A stretch of 64,000 bases of DNA from an uncultured Planctomycetia bacterium (GTDB lineage Bacteria; Omnitrophota; Gorgyraeia; CAYWPX01): the NCBI GenBank assembly GCA_964460615.1, contig CAYWPX010000006.1, positions 37,830-101,829 of the forward strand, read 5' to 3'. The position numbers and the translations under genes are program-made. Shown in pieces: positions 1 to 8,601 of the stretch. Positions within the stretch are counted from its first letter, which is position 1; every line of letters begins with the position of its first letter. The notes beneath the pieces are model-generated. The model saw only the letters and a program-made list of their open reading frames with translations. It made no database searches and was not told the origin of the DNA.

Positions 1-839
1 AACTCCATAACTTAGTAAGGACCATACATCTCCCTCTCTCGGAAGATTCCGGCATTATACCGCTTACAGCCTTAGAAGGCATGCCTTTTGAAGTCACGAC
101 CGATGAAATAAAGAAGAAGATCTGGGATGGCACTCTGGACTATCTAGGAACCGATCATTTTGTTACTGTTCCGCTTAAGGCCAAGGATAAAGTCCTTGGG
201 GTTATATTAGCGGATAACATTTTTAACAAAAAACCTATCACAAAAAATGATGTCAGGATACTTACCCTTTTTGCCAACCACGCAGGCTTAGCCATAGAAA
301 ATTCCAGGCTTTACGAAGAAAAAGTTTTTCTTTCGAATACCGACTGGCTAACAAAACTGTGGAACCATGGATATTTTCAGACAATACTGACCAAGGAGAT
401 TGCTATAGCTGAAGAAGAAAAAATGCATTTGTCTCTTATGCTTATAGATATAGATGATTTTAAAAATTATAATGATAAATGCGGCCACGTTGCCGGTGAT
501 GAAATCATTAGAGGTATCGCTAAAGTCCTAAAAGATGCTTCCCGAAAAAAAGATTATGTATCGCGTTATGGCGGCGAGGAATACGCAATAATCCTCCCCC
601 ATACTTCAAAAGATGAAGCCTATATGATAGGCGAACGATTAAGGATAAAAGTTGAGGAATTTAAATTTCCGCACATTGAAGTCCAGCCTCAAGGCAAGAT
701 GACCATCAGTATCGGCATCTGTACCTTCCCGGAATCCACAAAAGACAAAAATGACCTTATCCTTAAAGCAGATAAGGCCCTCTATAAAGCCAAAACTCTC
801 GGCAAGAATAAGACTTTGCTTTATAATAACAATATATAA
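1..839 (+). CDS. GAF-GGDEF diguanylate cyclase, 5'-partial; reading frame is open to the window start
   Basis: The frame of ORF 81..839 has no stop back to nt 3, so the N-terminus lies off-window. The visible N-terminal part looks like the end of a GAF domain. The C-terminal domain has the GGDEF signature RYGGEEYAIILPH (GGEEF active site) and ends KALYKAK, typical of the GGDEF fold. Confidence 0.8.
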   Translation, partial: LHNLVRTIHLPLSEDSGIIPLTALEGMPFEVTTDEIKKKIWDGTLDYLGTDHFVTVPLKAKDKVLGVILADNIFNKKPITKNDVRILTLFANHAGLAIENSRLYEEKVFLSNTDWLTKLWNHGYFQTILTKEIAIAEEEKMHLSLMLIDIDDFKNYNDKCGHVAGDEIIRGIAKVLKDASRKKDYVSRYGGEEYAIILPHTSKDEAYMIGERLRIKVEEFKFPHIEVQPQGKMTISIGICTFPESTKDKNDLILKADKALYKAKTLGKNKTLLYNNNI

Positions 840-926
840 TAAATGCCACAAGCTTCACGCCATAGGCTACGAGCAATAAGTTTTATTTATTTGAGTTTAA
901 AGCATGAAGCCTGGAGCAATTTAAAA

Positions 927-3900
927 TTATTCTTTATTGACCAATTCTTCGGGATTGTTATTAACCGGGGTTTCTTTTGGGGCTTCTTCGGTCGAAGTAT
1001 CTGATTTGAAAGGTTCTTGGGTAACCTCAGAACCAGTAATAGGCCTATTCTCTTCGCCTTTTAAGGCTACTCCTGTCTTTTCTTCTTTATGCGATCTATC
1101 GGAGAATTTAACCGAAACTATTTTTGAAATACCGGATTTCTCCATCGTAATACCATACATAACATCGGATAAAGCTATGGTCTTTTTATTGTGAGTGATA
1201 ATAATAAATTGTGAACTTTTGAGAAATTCCTGCAATCCCCGTGAAAATCTATCTACATTGGATTCATCTAAAGGAGCGTCGATTTCGTCGAGAATACAAA
1301 ACGGAGTCGGCTTTATCTTAAGAATAGAAAAAAGAAGTGCCACAGCCGTCAGGGCTTTCTCCCCGCCCGAAAGAAGCGAAATACTCTGAAGTTTTTTGCC
1401 GGGAGGACGGACGATGATCTCTATCCCGCTTTCCAATACATCTCTATCATCCAGAAGCATAAGCTCTGCCTGGCCGCCGTTAAAAAGTAATCTAAAATAA
1501 TTTTTGAACTCTATCTGTATTTTCTGGAATGTCTCGACGAATAATTCGCGTGTAGTCTTATTTATCTTTTGGATGGCTTTCATCAGCTGGTCTTTTGCGT
1601 TAGTCAGATCTTCCTGCTGTTTTGACAAAAAGGCGAATCTTTCTTCAAGTTCTTTATGCTCCTCTATAGCCACCATATTGACCTGGCCCATAGACTCAAG
1701 TTTTGACCTTAACTCCGAAGCCACTGTCCTGAACTCATCCCAATTAACATCCTCTTGAGGCATTTCAACTTCTAGCTTATCGATCTCGACCTTGTATGAC
1801 TGACTAATAGTATTCTTAAGTGTATCAAATTTAAAAAATACATCTTTATTTTTTAATTCGGCTTCGTATAGGCTTTCGCGTATGGTGTTGGATTTTTTCT
1901 GGACCTGATATATACGGTCCTCTGCGATCTTAAGAGTTGCTATTAGAGACTCTCTGGCCTTATCGACTTCTGCAAGTTCGATAGAGACGGCTTCACGTTC
2001 TTTATTTATCCCCTCGATAGTATCAGCCAAATTACCTATTTCGTTATTAAGCTCAGTGATTTTTATCCGGGAAGCTTCGAGCTCAGACTGTTTATTTTGG
2101 ATAAGTTTATTCTCAACCTCAAAGGAAGATTCATAGTTTCTGATATTAAGATATAGATTATCTTTCTCCTTCTGAACCAGGCCGATTTCCGTTTTAAGCT
2201 CAGCTATTCTTATAATAAGGTCTTCACGCTCTTTCTGATCGCCCCCTATGATCGCATCGGAGTTTTTTATAAAATTTTCACTGGTTACGACTTCATTTTC
2301 CATAACAACGATATTTTTCTCGATGGATTCCTTCTGAGAATTAAGATCAAGAATAATATCTTTAATTTCGTCGAGCTCTAAATCAAGGAGGGCTATTTCA
2401 TCATTAAGGCGCTTTACCTCTTTTGTTATTGTATCTTTCTGGTTATTTTTATCTATAAGTTCGAGTTCAAGTTTTTTTACTTCGATCTGCAAACCTTCCA
2501 GCTCTTTTTTGACAAAATCAGATTCTTCGACTTTTTTAATTCTGTCTCCTTCAAAAACAGTTATTTCATTTCTGAAGTTTGTTATGGACTCCCGAAGGTC
2601 ACGGATCTTTATTTCTCTGCCAATAAGGCTTGTTTCTTCTTCCAGGACTATCCTACCCCCGGTTAAGAGATATCTTGAGGCTATCTCACCATCCCTAGAC
2701 ATTATCTTAAAATCATTTTTAGAAAAATCGGCACTTTCGGCGGCCGATTTAATATCATCAACAATAAATATATTGCCGAGGATATTATTCACAAGCCCCT
2801 TAAACCTCTCATCGCAATCAATGAATTCAGACAGTCTGCCGACAGCGTTATTTGGCACCTCATGACAAGTACCGCCAAAAGATTCGTCTATAGTTATAAA
2901 AGAAGCTTTGCCTAAATTATTACTTCTTTGATATTCTATAAGCCTAAGCGCGGTCTGGCGGTTATTAACAACAATAGCATCGGCATTTTCACCCAAAGCC
3001 ACCTCTAATGCTATCTCAAAACCTCTTTTCGGTATTACCAAATCGCACAGCGCGCCAAAAATCCCTTCTATCCCAAGCTGATTATTCTCATTGGCCAAAA
3101 GTATTGCCCTGGCGCCTTCTTTAAATCCTTCATGTTTTTTTACAAGATCTTCAAAAAAACCAAGCTTAGCTTCATTGGCAAATAAAGTGTTCTTCAGATC
3201 ATTAATTTTGGAATCTATACCGGCAAGTTCCTCGGTAACCCTATTGATAGTAGATTCCAGGTTAATCTTCCTGGAATTAGACTCTTCAAAAAGAGCCATG
3301 GTATTCCTTATTCCGTCTTCACATTGGTTTAATTTGTCATTAACCCCGGATAGCTCAACGCTTACAGTCTCTTTCTCCATAACGAGGCGTCTTTCACGCT
3401 GAGAACGGTTCGAAAGGTCGCTTGTGATTTTGATAATCTCATTTTTGGCTTTGGCTAGATTTGCTGACTGGTTAACAATAGTGTTCTTGGATTCTTCGAT
3501 CTTTTGAAGGGTCTCTTTTATTTCGCGCTCGATCTGGTCGATACGTATAGTTCTTTCGTTCAGCTCTGAAGACTTTGCCTGCTCATTTTGTTCAACGCTC
3601 ACGAGATCGGCTCTGAGGTCCTCTATAATACCGGATACATGCTTTAATCTTTCCTGTAATATTAATATCTCTTTATCTAAATTGGCGATTCTAAGATTTG
3701 ATTCATCTATCCTTACTTTGTCAAATTCAATTTTGTTAGAAATGTTTTCTATCGTTGCGCTAATTCTGGAAATCGATTCCCTTAGAGAATAATGCTTATC
3801 ATCAACAGCCCCCAACTTTTCTTTATAGGAAGATGCTTCGGCTTGCGAAACCTCTAATTCTTTCTGCACATTCTCTTCATCGCTTTTTAAGGTGGCGATA

Positions 3901-4640
3901 TTCCTGGAAACAATTTCAAGCTCTCTCGAATAAATATTGAAATCATATTTGCCTAGCTTCAATTCGAGCGTTTTAAGCTCGTCAAATCTTTCTTTATACT
4001 TCTCAGCTTTCTGGACTGATCTAGTGATAGAATTGATCTGGCGCTTTACTTCCTGGATAATATCATTTATTCTGATAAGATTTTCGTCAGTCTGCTCAAG
4101 TTTCCTTAAGGCTTCTTTCTTTTTGGATTTAAATTTAGTAATACCGCTGGCCTCTTCGAATATTTCACGCCTGGCTTCCTGGTCTGAGCTTATTATAGCG
4201 TCGATTTTCCCCTGTCCAATGATCGAATAAGACTCTGTACCTATGCCAGTGCCCATCAGAAGCTCATTGATATCTTTTAACCTGACAGGGGTCTTGTTCA
4301 ATAGATATTCACTTTCACCAGACCTAAAAAGGCGCCTAGTGACAGTAATCTCTTCATAATCTACAGGGAGAAGTTTTGAGTGGTTGGAAAGCGTTAATGA
4401 GACCTCGGCCATATTTATAGCTTCAGCAAGTTCCGTGCCATTAAATATGACATCTTCCATCTTAAGCCCGCGCAGGGATTTGATGGATTGTTCACCGAGA
4501 ACCCATCTTATGGCATCTAATATGTTACTTTTGCCGCAGCCGTTGGGCCCAACTATCGCAGTGACACCGGGTTCGAATTCAAGCTTTGTTTTTGTAGCAA
4601 AGGATTTGAATCCGAAAAGTTCCAGCGATTTAAAATACAT
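927..4640 (-). CDS. smc: Chromosome segregation protein SMC
   Basis: 1237 aa. N-terminal Walker A FKSFATKTKLEFEPGVTAIVGPNGCGKSNILDAIRWVLGEQS. Long coiled-coil arms with a central hinge. C-terminal signature LSGGEKALTAVALLFS and Walker B ILDEIDAPLD. Confidence 0.95.
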   Translation of the reverse strand: MYFKSLELFGFKSFATKTKLEFEPGVTAIVGPNGCGKSNILDAIRWVLGEQSIKSLRGLKMEDVIFNGTELAEAINMAEVSLTLSNHSKLLPVDYEEITVTRRLFRSGESEYLLNKTPVRLKDINELLMGTGIGTESYSIIGQGKIDAIISSDQEARREIFEEASGITKFKSKKKEALRKLEQTDENLIRINDIIQEVKRQINSITRSVQKAEKYKERFDELKTLELKLGKYDFNIYSRELEIVSRNIATLKSDEENVQKELEVSQAEASSYKEKLGAVDDKHYSLRESISRISATIENISNKIEFDKVRIDESNLRIANLDKEILILQERLKHVSGIIEDLRADLVSVEQNEQAKSSELNERTIRIDQIEREIKETLQKIEESKNTIVNQSANLAKAKNEIIKITSDLSNRSQRERRLVMEKETVSVELSGVNDKLNQCEDGIRNTMALFEESNSRKINLESTINRVTEELAGIDSKINDLKNTLFANEAKLGFFEDLVKKHEGFKEGARAILLANENNQLGIEGIFGALCDLVIPKRGFEIALEVALGENADAIVVNNRQTALRLIEYQRSNNLGKASFITIDESFGGTCHEVPNNAVGRLSEFIDCDERFKGLVNNILGNIFIVDDIKSAAESADFSKNDFKIMSRDGEIASRYLLTGGRIVLEEETSLIGREIKIRDLRESITNFRNEITVFEGDRIKKVEESDFVKKELEGLQIEVKKLELELIDKNNQKDTITKEVKRLNDEIALLDLELDEIKDIILDLNSQKESIEKNIVVMENEVVTSENFIKNSDAIIGGDQKEREDLIIRIAELKTEIGLVQKEKDNLYLNIRNYESSFEVENKLIQNKQSELEASRIKITELNNEIGNLADTIEGINKEREAVSIELAEVDKARESLIATLKIAEDRIYQVQKKSNTIRESLYEAELKNKDVFFKFDTLKNTISQSYKVEIDKLEVEMPQEDVNWDEFRTVASELRSKLESMGQVNMVAIEEHKELEERFAFLSKQQEDLTNAKDQLMKAIQKINKTTRELFVETFQKIQIEFKNYFRLLFNGGQAELMLLDDRDVLESGIEIIVRPPGKKLQSISLLSGGEKALTAVALLFSILKIKPTPFCILDEIDAPLDESNVDRFSRGLQEFLKSSQFIIITHNKKTIALSDVMYGITMEKSGISKIVSVKFSDRSHKEEKTGVALKGEENRPITGSEVTQEPFKSDTSTEEAPKETPVNNNPEELVNKE

Positions 4641-4655
4641 TATACCTCATATATT

Positions 4656-4737
4656 GGCTCATAGCTCATAGTTCCGCCTGCTAATGACAGGCAGAGGGCT
4701 CATAGTAAAACAAAAACCACCAACTATGGCTCATAAA
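4656..4737. repeat. Intergenic repeat family A, copy 1 (degenerate palindrome plus GCTCATAG direct repeats)
   Basis: ggctcatagctcatag...gcctg-ctaatga-caggc...gggctcatag...ggctcataaa, between the etfA stop and smc start. Confidence 0.7.
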
Positions 4738-4886
4738 ATTATTGTTATAAATTACCAAACAAAATATATCACATAAGAAACAAGATGTCAAGTTACAAAA
4801 AACACAATTAATGGTTACCGAGTGTATTCATTCTACTATATATAGGGTAGGCTTTTAATTTTCTTAATCCTACCTACTAAATAGCA

Positions 4887-6089
4887 TCATTTTCCCAATA
4901 CCCTTTTAAATTCCTTTGTAAGCATCGGAACTATGGTAAGGACATCGCCAACTATCCCATAAGTAGCATAGTTAAATATAGGCGCATCCGGATCCTTATT
5001 AATAGCTACGATAATTTTGGATGATTGCATACCGATGAGATGCTGTATCTGCCCGCTTATGCCGCATGCAAAATAAATCTTAGGACAAACAGTCTTCCCG
5101 GTCTGGCCAACCTGGTGCGAATACGGCATCCATCCGGAATCAACCGCCATTCTTGATGCCCCTACCGCCCCACCCAGTGTTATCGCAAGTTCCTCGATAA
5201 TCTTAAAATTCTCCGGTCCGCCCAATCCTCTTCCGCCCGACACAATAATATCTGCTTCGGTAAGATTCACCGTAGATTCTATCTCTTCGACAAAATCCAA
5301 AAGTTTTGTCCTTGATAAAAGAAGGTCGTGTGAAAATTTCTTTTCTATTATCTCGCCTTTTCTTTTTGAATCATGCTTTGATTCTTTCATAACCTTATGG
5401 CGGACTGTGGACATCTGAGGCCTGTGATTGGGAGCAACAATAGTCGCCATGATATTCCCGCCAAAAGCAGGTCTAGTCTGAAGCAGCAATCTCTTTTCTT
5501 TATCTATATCGAGGCTGGTACAATCGGCTGTAAGGCCGGCGTTTACTTTTATAGCAACTCTGGCAATTAAAGACCTGCCTATGGTACTGGCTCCCGAAAG
5601 AAGTATCTCAGGCTTATATTCATTTATTAATTCGCATAAAACTTTTGTATAAGGCTCATCCTGATAATGTGCTAGTTCCACCGCATCAGCCAGATACACC
5701 TTGTCAGCTCCTCTATGAATAATCTCTTCGGCCCTATCCTTTACATTGGATCCAAGAAGAACTCCGCAGAGTTTTACTCCAAGGCTATCGGCAAGCTTTC
5801 TCCCCTCTCCAAGAAGTTCCCATGATATGGACTGAATTGCACCTTTTTTCTGTTCGCAAAATACCCATACATCCTTATAAAGGCTCAGGTCCTTTTTGGC
5901 AGTTGGGGTTGATTTTTTATCGATCTGAATGGCTGAAAATTTACAGGAAGGAGCGCATGCGCCGCAAAGAGTGCATTTATCAAGATCTATCACTGCCTTT
6001 TTATCAACCATCTTGATCGCAGAAAAAGGGCATGTTTTAACGCACAGAGAACAACCAACACATTTATCAGTTAGGACTTTTATAGACAT
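4887..6089 (-). CDS. etfA: Electron transfer flavoprotein alpha subunit with an N-terminal 2x[4Fe-4S] ferredoxin domain
   Basis: Two CxxCxxCxxxC(P) motifs at the N-terminus (CVGCSLCVKTCP and CTLCGACAPSC). The remainder is an EtfA/FixB fold with a C-terminal FAD-binding region (GISGQIQHLIGM). It lies immediately upstream of etfB and an acyl-CoA dehydrogenase. Confidence 0.85.
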   Translation of the reverse strand: MSIKVLTDKCVGCSLCVKTCPFSAIKMVDKKAVIDLDKCTLCGACAPSCKFSAIQIDKKSTPTAKKDLSLYKDVWVFCEQKKGAIQSISWELLGEGRKLADSLGVKLCGVLLGSNVKDRAEEIIHRGADKVYLADAVELAHYQDEPYTKVLCELINEYKPEILLSGASTIGRSLIARVAIKVNAGLTADCTSLDIDKEKRLLLQTRPAFGGNIMATIVAPNHRPQMSTVRHKVMKESKHDSKRKGEIIEKKFSHDLLLSRTKLLDFVEEIESTVNLTEADIIVSGGRGLGGPENFKIIEELAITLGGAVGASRMAVDSGWMPYSHQVGQTGKTVCPKIYFACGISGQIQHLIGMQSSKIIVAINKDPDAPIFNYATYGIVGDVLTIVPMLTKEFKRVLGK

Positions 6090-6090
6090 T

Positions 6091-6870
6091 TTATACCTCG
6101 CCTTTCAAAAGTTCTGCCAGTTTTGAAGCTATCTCATCGGGTTCACCGGTAAGCTTCTGGCCGCCCTCTCTTTTCGGAGGCATAAATATTTTTACAACCT
6201 TTGTAGGAGAACCTTCCAACCCTATATTTTGGCTTTCAGCGTTTATATCTTTGGCGCTGTAAGTAAATATCTCTATCTTTGAAGCTTTCATCTTACCTTT
6301 TAAAGAAGGAAGCCTGGGTTCATTTATCTCTTTTACGACAGTAAGTAAACACGGAAGAGGAGTCTCTATTACCTCATAACCTTCCTCCATCATCCTTTCA
6401 ACCTTTATCTTGCTTGTCCCTGCTTCTTCGATCTTTTTTACATATGTAACTTGCGGTATATCAAGCCACGTTGAAATACCGGGCCCCACTTGCGCAGTAT
6501 CACCGTCTGATGCCTGCTTACCACAAATGATAATGTCAAAACTCCCGATTTTTTTGATAGCTTGACTAAGCGTGTAGCTGGTTGCCCAAGTATCGCTACC
6601 GGCAAATGCCCTGTCAGAAACCAATATCGCTTCATCGCACCCGACCGATATCGCTTCCCTTAAAGCATCCTTTGCCTGCGGCGGGCCCATTGTAACTACT
6701 GTAACTTTACCTCCAAACTTTTCCTTAAGGCGCACTCCTGCCTCAATGGCGTAAGTATCAAATGGATTAATAATGGATTTAACGCCCTCTCTAACTAAAG
6801 TGTTGGTCTCAGGATTAATTTTAACATCCGTAGTATCCGGAACCTGCTTTATACATACTATTATATTCAT
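6091..6870 (-). CDS. etfB: Electron transfer flavoprotein beta subunit
   Basis: 259 aa. N-terminus MNIIVCIKQVPDTTDVKINPETNTL is the canonical EtfB/FixA start. Separated from etfA by 1 nt. Confidence 0.85.
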   Translation of the reverse strand: MNIIVCIKQVPDTTDVKINPETNTLVREGVKSIINPFDTYAIEAGVRLKEKFGGKVTVVTMGPPQAKDALREAISVGCDEAILVSDRAFAGSDTWATSYTLSQAIKKIGSFDIIICGKQASDGDTAQVGPGISTWLDIPQVTYVKKIEEAGTSKIKVERMMEEGYEVIETPLPCLLTVVKEINEPRLPSLKGKMKASKIEIFTYSAKDINAESQNIGLEGSPTKVVKIFMPPKREGGQKLTGEPDEIASKLAELLKGEV

Positions 6871-6915
6871 CTATTTCTCTCTTTTTCGGTTTTACTATAA
6901 GCTATTTGCCATTCG

Positions 6916-8067
6916 CTATTTCGCCATTTCCTTTATTATCTGCAAAGCTATGACATTTCTCTGAATCTGGTTTGTACCCTCATATATCTGAGTAATTTTA
7001 GCGTCTCTCATATATTTTTCGATCGGGTAATCTCTCATATAACCATATCCGCCGTATATCTGTATAGCGTCGGTCGTTACTTTCATAGCCACATCACTGG
7101 CAAATAGCTTTGCCATAGCTGAAGGCTTGGAAACATCTTTTGCTCCGCTATCAACCATCCTTGCAACTGAATAAACAAGCGCCCTGGAAGCCTCGACCTG
7201 CGTTGCCATATCAGCGATCATCCACTGAATACCCTGAAAGCTTGAAATACTATGGCCAAACTGCTTTCTTTCTTTGGCATATTTTACCGCCAGATCCAAA
7301 GCGCCTTGAGCTATGCCTACTGCCTGGGCCGCTACTCCCGGACGAGAATTATCGAATGTTTTCATCGCTACTATAAATCCAAGGCCTTCTTTGCCGAGAA
7401 TCTGGTCTTTGTGGACCTTGCAATTGGTAAAGATAAGTTCTCTGGTACTTGACGAACGAATGCCGAGTTTTTTCTCTTTTTTGCCGAATTCAAAACCTTT
7501 CATACCTTTTTCGAGTATGAATACGGTTGCGCCTCTAGCACCTTTTTCCTTATTGGTCATTGCAACTACCGTATAGACATCGGCTTCTCCGCCGTTTGTT
7601 ATCCACTGCTTTACGCCATTTAAGATATAATAATCGCCTTCTTTTCTGGCGGTAGTCTTTGTGGCACTGGCATCTGACCCGGCTTCCGCCTCTGTTATGG
7701 CGAATGCAGCAAGTTTTTTGCCTTTAGCAATATCAGGAAGATATTTTTTCTTCTGGGCATCATTCCCATATAAAAGTATGGGATAGGTTCCTAGCGCTGT
7801 TGCTGCTAATCCTAGAGATATGCCTCCGCATGCCTTGGAAAGTTCTTCTGTGCAAACGCAAAGTTCCATTACCCCGCCACCCAAACCACCATACTCTTCG
7901 GGTATATACACACCAAAAAGATCACTCTCTCCCAATATCTTAACAATTGGCCAGGCAAACTCTTCTTTTTCATCATATTCAGCAGCTACAGGACGGATCT
8001 TCTCATCCGCTATCTGTTTAGCTAAATCTCTAATCATAATCTGCTGTTCATTTAATAAATAATCCAT
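6916..8067 (-). CDS. bcd: Acyl-CoA dehydrogenase (short-chain/butyryl-CoA dehydrogenase type)
   Basis: 383 aa with ACAD family motifs (GGYGYMRDYPIEKYMRDAKITQIYEGTNQIQR near the C-terminus). RBS GGAGG precedes the ATG. Together with etfBA it forms a classical bifurcating Bcd/Etf module. Confidence 0.85.
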   Translation of the reverse strand: MDYLLNEQQIMIRDLAKQIADEKIRPVAAEYDEKEEFAWPIVKILGESDLFGVYIPEEYGGLGGGVMELCVCTEELSKACGGISLGLAATALGTYPILLYGNDAQKKKYLPDIAKGKKLAAFAITEAEAGSDASATKTTARKEGDYYILNGVKQWITNGGEADVYTVVAMTNKEKGARGATVFILEKGMKGFEFGKKEKKLGIRSSSTRELIFTNCKVHKDQILGKEGLGFIVAMKTFDNSRPGVAAQAVGIAQGALDLAVKYAKERKQFGHSISSFQGIQWMIADMATQVEASRALVYSVARMVDSGAKDVSKPSAMAKLFASDVAMKVTTDAIQIYGGYGYMRDYPIEKYMRDAKITQIYEGTNQIQRNVIALQIIKEMAK

Positions 8068-8151
8068 CTTTATCCTCCGAATTTTGATTTTTAAATTCGT
8101 CCCGAATCTGCCCTAAAGGGGCAAGATGAGGGGCATTCCTTAATAATTAAG

Positions 8152-8213
8152 TAAATTTAATCCTGAGACAGCGCAAAAATGCGATCGCTGGGAGCATTTT
8201 AGCTGCCGAAGAA
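8152..8213. repeat. Conserved 5'-region element family B, copy 1 (upstream of bcd)
   Basis: aaatttaatcctgagacagcgcaaaaatgcgatcgctgggagcattttagctgccgaag aligns at ~75% identity with copy 2. Contains an AAAATGC...GCATTTT hairpin. Confidence 0.7.
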
Positions 8214-8601
8214 CTTCCTTTTAAATTCTTCCACCTGCCAACAGGCAAGCAGCCGCTAAATAAACACTATTAAACCCACCTAAAACTTAGCAAAACCCTA
8301 AGTTCGTTACAATACATAAAGCGCCATTATAACCTTAACAATAAGTATTGTCAATAATTTTGAAGCTAAAATCTACCTAAAATCTGGTTTTTTTGTACTG
8401 CCACTCTAGATTACAACAATTATTCCTGATATCCTTTCATGGTAAAATATTCCCGCAAAAGAGCATACAGATTGTATTTGGTATGGGTGAGCGCATTAGG
8501 AAGGTTCGATCAAACACAATGTCAAACAAAAACATAATATATTAATTTATAGAAAAATATCCGTTTTATAACTTTTCATTACCAACTAAAATTACCTGTC
8601 T

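Noticed and set aside
840-926. GCTTCA...TGAAGC inverted repeat between the convergent GGDEF and smc genes as a bidirectional terminator
   Set aside because: The 6-bp arms are separated by a ~50-nt loop, which is too weak to call.
937-4671. Multiple + strand ORFs (60-120 aa) inside smc, and similar antisense ORFs within other long genes throughout the window
   Set aside because: They are Ser/Leu/Ile-rich antisense translations of AT-rich coding sequence, with no RBS or domain signal. All are fully nested in well-supported minus-strand genes.
4847-4880. GGTAGG...CCTACC hairpin downstream of etfA as an intrinsic terminator
   Set aside because: Only a 6-bp stem with a 17-nt loop and no U-tract on the minus strand. 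The family A palindrome nearby is a better terminator candidate.
8231-8256. AGCAGCC next to a short hairpin, reminiscent of the SRP RNA domain IV motif
   Set aside because: Neither strand reproduces the conserved SRP helix 8 pairing (GNRA tetraloop and symmetric/asymmetric internal loops). It is likely just a small hairpin.
8385-8402. TGG...TGC motif resembling a sigma54 -24/-12 promoter
   Set aside because: GG-to-GC spacing is 14 rather than 10. It is also on the + strand, where no gene lies downstream.
8480-8515. GGTTCGATC motif resembling a tRNA T-loop in the 534-nt gap
   Set aside because: No complementary T-stem, acceptor stem or anticodon arm can be formed on either strand, so it is not a tRNA.
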